Below are positions 1 through 9,200 of a stretch of DNA of 27,467 nt, piece by piece; position 1 is the stretch's first letter, and the number at the start of each line of letters is the position of its first letter. The DNA lies in the NCBI GenBank assembly GCA_964359075.1, contig CAYHRX010000001.1, forward strand, positions 1 through 27,467. The letters run 5' to 3'. This DNA comes from an uncultured Chitinophagales bacterium. GTDB lineage: Bacteria > Bacteroidota > Ignavibacteria > UBA10030 > UBA6906. The notes beneath the pieces were generated by a model. That model saw nothing but the letters and a program-made list of their open reading frames with translations, ran no database searches and was not told the DNA's origin. A program made the translations under genes and the position numbers.

Positions 1-96
1 TGCGTTCATGACGTTACTCCTTTTTGAAAATGTTGATTGATGAGTGTTGGTTGATGAATTCGTCCTATATCCAGCTACTGCATCTTGCGTTTTCAT
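1..96 (-). CDS. 5' fragment of a gene running off the left edge; two in-frame candidate starts (ATG at 96 and ATG at 9)
   Basis: Minus strand reads AAAAGGAG-caaatgtc-ATG AAA ACG CAA... (MKTQDAVAGYRTNSSTNTHQSTFSKRSNV), then in frame AAAAGGAG-taacgtc-ATG AAC GCA at 9. Both starts have strong SD sequences. Product unknown because the gene is truncated by the window. Confidence 0.4.
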   Translation of the reverse strand, partial: MKTQDAVAGYRTNSSTNTHQSTFSKRSNVMNA

Positions 97-157
97 GACA
101 TTTGCTCCTTTTGGAAACAGTGAATAGTGAACAGTAATTTGTGAATCGTTACCGTTT

Positions 158-182
158 GGTTGCTCTTGCTCAAGAAGCAACC
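158..182 (-). other. Intergenic stem-loop with no U-tract on the minus strand (possible mRNA stability or processing element)
   Basis: Minus strand ggttgc-t-tctt-gagc-aaga-gcaacc; followed by aaacggt rather than poly-T. Confidence 0.3.
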
Positions 183-221
183 TAGTTGACCGTCACCTGC
201 ATGGTGCCGGCCACCAAACTG

Positions 222-251
222 CTACGGCGGGCGCGGTCGATTGTATCTCAT
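222..251 (-). CDS. Possible 9-aa micro-ORF MRYNRPRPP
   Basis: Preceded by a perfect SD (AGGAGGT-agcc-ATG) 47 nt after the giant gene stop; ORF 251->222 ends TAG. No other support. Confidence 0.2.
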   Translation of the reverse strand: MRYNRPRPP

Positions 252-298
252 GGCTACCTCCTTTCCTCTGTGTGATCGGTTTATGACTCATTGGTTAG

Positions 299-3200
299 TT
301 AGTTGACTGTTATTGTGCCATCGTTTGTGAATATACCGTCGTTGATCAAGTCACCAGTGACTTGCAGAGTACTGGTTACAAGGACATTTGCCCCCGCGTT
401 GACCAGGATGCCTGCATTGACGATGGTGGGAGCACCTATCGTCTTTAATCCGGCATTCGTAAAGGTCAGGCTGTAGTAGGTAATACCTGCGACGCTCTGG
501 GCGCCTGTTCCGTTGAACTCTATCGTCGATAAATTCGTCGTGGCGTCCGCACTGGCTGATCCTGTCACAGCAAGGCTCCCCGCAAGGTAGGTCGTGCCGC
601 TCGGGAAGAACTTCGTTCCCGCATTGCTGAAGGTCAGGTTGTAGTAGGTTGTCGCCGCAGCGGTCTGGTTGCCACCGCCATTGAAGTCGACTGTCGAGCT
701 GTTCGTCGTCGCATCAACCGTGACAGCCGAAACCACCAGGGTTCCGGAGACGCCAGTTGTCCCGGAGGAGAGAGTCTTCGTACCCGAGCCGCTGAGCGTC
801 AAGTTCGTATAGTTCATCGCCTTCACTGTCTGGGAACCGCTATACTGATAGTTGACCGTGTTGCCCGACGCTGAAGCAACCAGGTTGCTCAATCCGATCG
901 AGCCCGTGAAGCCGATGTTCAAGGTCGCTGAGGCTGCCAGGGTAAGCGTCCCGGATCCACCGAGGCCGGCGTTCACCGTGTTCGTTCCATTGTTGGTATA
1001 GCTACCGTTGACATTGAGCGTCGCGAAGATCGTCGTAGCTGATCCACCGATGGCCTTGGCGGTTCCTGTTAGCGTGACCGTGCTCGTGCCGGTATTGAGA
1101 GAACCGCCCGTTGAGTTGTTCGTCCAGTCGCCCGAAATGGTGAAGCCTCCTGCGCCAAGAGACTTCGTGCCGCTCCCCGAGAAGAGGATGCTCCCATAGC
1201 TTGGGGAGTCCGAAACCGTTTGCGAGGCGCTTGAGCTGTTGCTGTACTGGACGGTGCTTGCGGGATCAAGCGAAGTGGTCGTGAAGCCCGTCGGGAACGA
1301 GCTTGCTGCTACGCCAGCGCCGCCGACATTAAGCGTTGAGTTTGCACCAACCGTCAAAATCGAACCCAACGTCCCAGTGATCTGGAACGCGGTTGATCCG
1401 CTGGATGTATTCAGTATTCCACCGGAGGTGATCGTGAGATTGCCCGTCAGGTTCGATGCAGTAAGGCTCTTCTGCAGCGTCACGACAGAGCTGTTCGTGA
1501 TCCTGAGGTGATGAAAATTGACGGTGGAGGAGCTGGAAATGCTCTGACCTGATGTCCCATTGTACTCAATGGTTGAATTGGTCCGCGGTACAAGTGTGCC
1601 TGGATTGATAATCGGATCACCGGTTCCAGAGAGGTAAATTGTGTTAGCGCTTGAAAACGCCAGTGTCAACGTCTTACTATTAAAGTCGATATTCTTGACG
1701 TTGAACGTCCCGCTCCCGGCCCACTGGGAATTCTTGTTGAGTCGAACGGTGACGTTGTTTGCAGTGAACGTACCGCTATTGTCAAAGTCCGTTCCGCCAT
1801 CTGCGCCGAACGAAAGCGTGAACGATCCGCCTCCATTGAGTATGCCGCCGGTCTGGATCGTCATGGAACGCAAGTTCGCCGTGCTCACATCGATCGTGAC
1901 AGTCGTCCCAGTGGCAATAACCACATCCGCATTCAATCCGGGAACTTGACCGCCTCCCCACGTCGAGATAGAGTTCCAGTTTCCGCCAGCGCCGGTGCTC
2001 GTGTAGGTTCCGCCAAACTGCTGTCCGAGCTGGAAATCACCAAAGATTGTGACACCCGTCGCCTGAGTCGTTGTCGCAGTCCTCGTTCCCACCGTCGGAT
2101 ACGACCAAGATCCTGTAAACGCGCCGACGACAAACTGCAGCGGATCTGATCCAAGATCGACATCACCTGAGACAAACGTAAAGGTGACATCGTACGTCGT
2201 GAAGACTATACCCGTGTTCGAAAGCGTCCAGTATCGGTTGGCGGTGCTGTTGGGATCGATGTTAGAGGTTGCGATGTTCGAATGATCGCCCGAGGTCGTT
2301 TTCGCAGTTAGCGTTCCGGCCGTGGTCACACTCGCAAAGGTCACAGAAACGGGCGTATAGCTCGACACATCGCCGATTTCAAACGATTGCGCGACCGGCG
2401 CTCCTGTCGCCACATACTTCGAGAGATTACCCACGACATGGCCGCTTGTGCGCGAGACGCTTCCGGTCGAGCTGATAGCCAGAGTATTCGACCCTGTGGT
2501 GATCTTACCGCTGGTCAATGTGAGTGTACCATCGATCGTGACATTCGATGAGAGCGTCGCCCCCTGAGAATCATTCAGCTGCAGGTTGGTCAATGATCCA
2601 CCACCGGAGAGGGTGTGGGCAGATAGGCCTCCGCTAAGCAGGATCGAGCCAGACCCTGTTTGACTGCCCGCGTTGGAAACGTTCCCATTGACCGTCACCG
2701 TACCGGCTGGTGTGAACGTGGACCCAGATCCTATCGTCAAGGTTGTAGCGACCGTGATGGCCCCCGATGCCGTGACCGTCGCCGAATTGGCAATCGTCAA
2801 GGCGTTAAATGTCATGGTCCCTGAGTTGGCGATCGAAGAACCGTTTTCCATCGTAACGGTCCCTGAGGATGGGCTCATGGTTGCGCCAATATTGACGGTC
2901 AGCGTGCCCTTCACCGAGAAACTCGCCGACGGCTGAACCGTTGGCGTCGTTGCGACCGTCAACCCGTTGAAGCTCAGCAGCGTCCCGCTATTGGTGATCC
3001 CCCACCCCGTGCCCGTCATGGTTATCGTTCCACCCGATGGATTGAACGTGACACCACTGTTGACCGTCAATGCCCCCTTCACGGAGAAACTCGCCGACGG
3101 CTGAACCGTTGGCGTCGTTGCGACCGTCAACCCATTGAAGCTCAGCAGAGTCCCGCTATTGGTGATACCCCATCCCGTGCCCGTCATCGTAATCGTTCCA

Positions 3201-6200
3201 CCCGTTGGATTGAATGTCGAGCCGGTTCCATTGGTCAGAGTGCCGCCGACGCCAAAGCTGCTCGACGTCGTTACGGTGGCCGAGTTAGCAATGGTGAGAT
3301 TGCTGAAGGCAAGCGTCCCACCGGAGTTCACGATCGATGAACCATTGTTCATCGTGATGGTTCCGCTTGTCGGTGTGAATGTCCCCGTCACAGTGAATGC
3401 GCCACCCACAGCTGCCGTGTTGCCGGCGCCGGTGATCGAGCCACTCACCTTCAGGCCGCCATATGTGAGGTTCGAGAGGACTTGTCCGGCGGTCGAGTAT
3501 TCCACCGTCAGATTTGTCAGCGTCTTGTTCGTGATCGTCCACTGAGAATTGAAATCTGCCGTTGCTGCCGTGCGCGTAACCTGCACCGTGCCGTTGCCAG
3601 TGAGCGTGCCAGCTCCGCTGATAATTGCCAACGCGGCCGGAGTGAAGACCACGTTTACGGCGACCGTCAGATTGCCCGACGCGCTCATGTTGAGGTTGGC
3701 ATTGAAGCCGCTCGTGTTATTGATGTTGACAACGTTGAATCCGATCGTTGAAGCTGTTGTTCCGCCCAGTGACCTTGCGGCGGGACTCGTCGGCGTATTG
3801 AAGTTGAGCGTGCTGGACGTCGTGTACGTAAACGGTGTCGGACTAGTCGAGTTTATAACCCAATGGCCTTTGACGATGTGCGTTCGTGACGTTCCAGCAT
3901 GAAAGACTGCAGTACCAAGCACCTGTAAGCTGTCGTTCACGGTTACGTTTCCAGCCGCAGTCTTGGTACCACTTCCGCTCAGCGTGAGTTTGTTGTAGGT
4001 CTGAGCAGAAATAGTCTGGGCGCCTGAGACAGAATACTCAACTGCTCCGCCCCCGAGACTCACTGACCCGCTGACCGTCGGGAACGCAGCTTGCGTGTTG
4101 AGCTTGCCGTTGAGAATCGTGAACGTGCCGGAAGCTGTCAGCGAATTCCCAACGGTAATCCTCAACTCCAGATTTGCACTATTCAACGTGATGGAGTTAC
4201 AGACCGCCGCGGAATTGATAGTGATCGTACTGTCGACCGTAAGGCTGACATTGTCCGTGGCTATTGGAACAGTGCCAGGATTCCAGTTGATCGCCGTTTC
4301 CCAGTTCAAATCGCCAGCCAAGCCGACCCAAGTCTTTGTCGTTCCGGCTTGTTCACCGAGCTGGAAATCACCGAATGCCGTCAAACCTGTCGCCTGCGTG
4401 CTCGTAGCCGTCTTCGTACCTACGGTCGGATACGTCCATCCGGCGCTGTAGCGTCCGACAATGAAGTTGTTGGGATTTGCACCGAGATCAAGATCGCCCG
4501 CGACGAAGGTGAACGTAACGCTGTAGTTTGTGAAGACGATACCGCTATTGGTCAATGTCCACGTGCGGTTCGCAGTCTTGGTCGGATCGATCGTCGCGCT
4601 GCCGATCTGGAGATGGTCACCCGAGGATGTGGTGACGGTCAAATAGTTCGCCGTACTGACGCTGGCGAAAGCAACCGTCACTGGAGTGTACGCAGTCGCA
4701 TCACCGACTTCGAATGTCCGCGTCGGCCCGATCGTTGGCACGTATTTTTCGAAATTCCCAATCACGTGTCCGCTCGTTCTGGAAACGGAGGCCGTCGTCG
4801 TGATGGTGATCTTGTTTGCACCGGTGGCGATGGTACCAGTGTTCAATGCCAGCACACCGTTTACCGGCACATTGCCCGCGAGAGAGACGCCGCTTGCGTT
4901 GTTGATCGTGAGGTTGTGGTAGGTCAGCGCACGGACAACCTGAGCACTTGATCCATTATACTCGATGGTCGGCGTGTTGGTCGTGGCATCGGCTGTCGCT
5001 CCTGAGATCGTAAACGCGCCGGCGATTCTCGACGTGCCGGATGAGAACCTCTTCGTCCCGCCGCTGCTGAATGTAAGATTGTAGTAATTGATCGCCGCGA
5101 CAGCCTGAGTTCCGACAGCTGCGTTGAAGTCAACCGTCGTGGCATTTGCCGTTCCATTGACTGTACCGCCTGTGACAGTAAAGTTGCCGGCAATAGTGGT
5201 TGTGCCTGAGGCAAGAGTCTTCGCACCGCTATTACTCGTCGCCAGGTGGTAATAATTGATCGCTGCCACAGACTGACTCGAGGTGCCGTTGAATTCGATC
5301 GTCGTGCTATTTGCCGTGGCGTTGGCCGTCCCTCCGCTTACAGTGAAGTTACCCGCAATGCCGGTCGTCCCAGAGGCGAACGTCTTCGTCCCACCATTAC
5401 TGAAGGTGAGATTGTAGTAGTTGATGGCCGCAACCGACTGAGTGCCGGCGCCGTTAAAATCGATCGTCGTGCTGTTTGATGTGGCGTTGATTGTTCCGGC
5501 AGTGACTGTGAAGTTACCAGCGACACCGGTTGTTCCGACCGCGAAAGTCTTCGTCCCTCCATTGCTGCTCACGACCAGGTTGTAGTAGTTGATGGCGGCG
5601 ATAGCTTGGTTCCCGGTCCCGTTAAAGTCGATTGTGGTCGTGTTCGTCGTCGCATCAGTTGTCCCGCCGGTAACAGCAAAATTGCCCGCGATTCTAGTTG
5701 TTCCAGAACCAAATGTCCTTGTCCCGCCATTGCTGAAAGTTAGGTGATGATAATCGATCACAGCCACTGACTGGCTGCCGGTCCCGTTGTAGTTGATCGT
5801 CGTACTATTCGCGGTCGCGTTAGCCGTTCCACCGGTTATGGTGAAGTTCCCCGCGATGCCCGCTGTGCCGGAGGCAAAGGTCTTCGTCCCACCATTGCTG
5901 AAGGTGAGATTGTAGTAGTCGATTGCCGGGACCGATTGGCCGCCGCTGCCGTTGAAATCAATCGTCGTGCTGTTAGACGTGGCATTGGCTGTGCCTCCGG
6001 TGACGGTGAAGTTGTTTGCGATGCCGATTGCGCCAGAAGCAAAGGTCTTCGTCCCGCCATTGCTGAAGATGAGGTTATGATAGTTGATCGACGCAACCGC
6101 CTGCGTGCCGCTTCCGTTGAAGTCGATGGTTGTGCTGTTTGACGTCGCATCGACAGAGCCTCCGCTGACGGTGAAATTCCCAGCGATGCCAGTTGTTCCA

Positions 6201-9200
6201 GCGGCGAAGGTCTTAGTCGCCCCATTGCTGAGGGTGAGACTGAAGTAATTCCGCACAGCCACTGTCTGCGAGCCGCTCGCAGCCATGTAGCCAACAGTGC
6301 CGCCGGTGATGTTGACGGTTCCCGTGACAGCGGGGAATGACGTTTGCGTGTTCAGCGTGCCATTGGTGAGGGTGAGATTCCCGGAAACCGTTAATGAATT
6401 GCCAGTGAGTATCGTGAGCGTTAGGCCAGAGTTGTTCAGCGTGAGCGAATTACAGACAGCCGCGACGTTGATGTTGATGGTGTTTGCACCATTGAGATTG
6501 ACATTCTCTGAGGAATTCGGGACGCCGTCAGGGCTCCAGTTCAGCGCGTCACCCCAATTGTTCGTTCCAGCTCCGCCATCCCATGTCTTCACTACTGCCG
6601 TAGCGGGCTCCCCGACTTGGAAATCGCCAAACCCGGTCAATCCAGTCGCCTGCGTGCTCGTCGCCGTCCTGGTCCCAACGGTCGGTAAGGCCCACGATGA
6701 CCCGTTGTATCTATCGACAATGAAGTTGCTCGTGTTGGCACCGCCATCGATATCACCGGAAACGAAGTTGAGTATCACGTCATAAGTTGTAAACGAGATG
6801 CCGCTGTTCACCAGCGTCCAGTAGCGGTTCACGCTCTTCGTTCCGTCAATGCCTGATGTAACGATCTGGAAGTGATCGCCGGCTGTCGTGCTGGCCGTGA
6901 GATATCCGGCGACGCTCACGCTGCCAAAGGAAATGCTTACCGGCGTGTAATTGCTGGCATCTCCAATTTCAAACGTCGGCGTAAGCGCAGACCCCGAGAC
7001 GTACTTCGCGAGGTTGCCGACAACGTGACCACTGGTTCGCGAGACGCTCCCTGCCAAACCGATGGTGAGCGTGTTGGAACCTGTTGTGATATTCCCGCTC
7101 GTCAACGTCAGCGTTCCGTTCACTGTTATGCTGCTGGGGATGGAGACACCGCTTGCGTTGTTGATCGTGAGGTTTCTGTAGGTGAATGCCCGAGCCGTTT
7201 GCAGGGCAATTCCATTGTACTCGATCGTCGTTGCATTCGTCGTTGCATCAGCGCTCGCCGCGCCATTGAAGGTAAAGGCCCCGGAGATTCTCGTGGTGCC
7301 CGTGGCAAAGGTCTTCGTCCCAGCATTGCTGAACGCAAGATTGTAATAGTCGAGCGCCGGGATTCCCTGATTGCCGCTGCGTTTGAAGTCAACGGTGGAG
7401 CTGTTCGAGGTCGCATCTACTGTGACACCGGAAACAGTCAGATCCCCTGCGATGCCCGTGGTGCCAGACGGGAACGTCTTCGTCCCTGAACCAGACAGGG
7501 TGAGATGCCCGTAGCTCTGTGAGCTGTTCAGCGCGCCGACGAGCTGGCTCGAGCCGTAGTACTCGATGGTGCTTGTGGAACCAATGGAGTGTGCGTTGTA
7601 GTTCGAGGGACGCGTGTTCGTCGATCCGATCCTCAACGTGGCGCCGTCGGCGAGCGTCAATGTCCCACCCGCTGACGCGCGGTTAGGCGTGAAGCTTCCA
7701 AGGTCGAACGTCCCACCTGAAATGGTCAGGTCACCCGTCGGGGTGATATTCCCCGCAAGAGTCTTTGTTCCACCACCGCTGATTGTCAGGCTTGCATACG
7801 GTTGCGCAGCAACAGTCTGGCTTCCGCTCGACGCCGTGTACCCAACGGTACCGCCGCTGAGCGTTACTGTGCCGCCCACCGTCGGGAATGAAGTCTCGGT
7901 GTTCAGCGTGCCGCTTGCAATCGTAAGGTTTCCTGCTGCGGTCAGGGAGTTCCCTGAAAGAATCGTGACGGTCAGACCGCTGTTGTTCAGCGTGATCGAA
8001 TTCGCCGAAGCAGGGACGTTAATGTTGATTGTGTTCGCGCCCGTCAGGCTGACATCTTCAAGAGACGTCGGGATACCGTCCGGATTCCAGTTCGCGGCAT
8101 CGCCCCAGTTGTTCGTGGCGGCCCCCTCATCCCAGGTCTTCACGAGCTGCTCGCCAACCTGGAACTGACCGAATTGCGTCAAACTGGTTGCCGTCGTGCT
8201 GGTGTCGGTTCTCGCTCCCACGCTAGTGGCAAACCAATTCGATCCGTCATACCGGCGGACGATGAAATTGGCCGGCGTCGCACCCGCATCCATGTCACCG
8301 AGCGTTCCGCCGAACCCTAGTCTGACATTGTAGGAGGTAAACGTGACACCGTTGGGCTTGAAAATGTGATGGCGATTCTCGCTCTTGTTCGGATCAATGC
8401 CGGAGGTGGCAATTTGCGGATGATCCCCGAACACCATCCGGAGAGTGACGTAACCCGCGACCGTCACGTTATTGAACTGGATCTCCGCCGGCGTGAGGAG
8501 GTCGTTTCCACCGACGGGATAGTAGATCGTGGGAGATCCTGTCGGAACATACTGCCGCAGCGCCCCTCGGATGCGCCCGTTCACCCTTACGACCGTGCCC
8601 GTTGAGTTGACGAAAAGCGTGTCCGGCGTCGCAGGCATGTTGTCGAAGATACCATCTGCCAGCGTGAGAGTACCATTGATCGTCAATGCACCGCTATGGG
8701 TCACCTTGTTGGAACCCGGCTGAACGCTTACCGTCAAGTTGTTCAGCGTCGAAACACTCGATGGGATGAAGGTTCCGGCATACGAGCTATTGTAGACAAG
8801 ATTCGAGGTAGCCCCGGCAGAGAGGTTAGTCGACGTTCCGGCGATCGGACGTCCGTTGAGTGTCAGAGTGTTGGCACCGACGGTGAACGTTCCGCTTGTG
8901 AGCGTCAAGGTGCTGTCCACTGTGACATTGCCGCCCATCGAGACGCCGCTCGCATTGGTGAGCGTGAGGTACGCATGCCTGAACGCCGGCGCAGTCTGAG
9001 GAGCAGAGCCGTTGTAGACAAAGGTGTTGTTTGCTGTGATGTAACCACCGCTCGTGAAGGTGGCCGCGGGATTGAAGGCACCCGCTACGCGGACCGTCCC
9101 GCCGTTCGGGAACGAAACGTTGTTTGCGCCCCGCGCGCCACTGATCGCCAAGCTGCCGTAGTTGAGGGCATTGACCGATTGCGCGCCAGTCGAATTGTAA

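Noticed and set aside
299-600. Autotransporter or T9SS-cargo label for the giant protein
   Set aside because: No C-terminal barrel with a terminal aromatic residue and no T9SS sorting-domain motif are visible.
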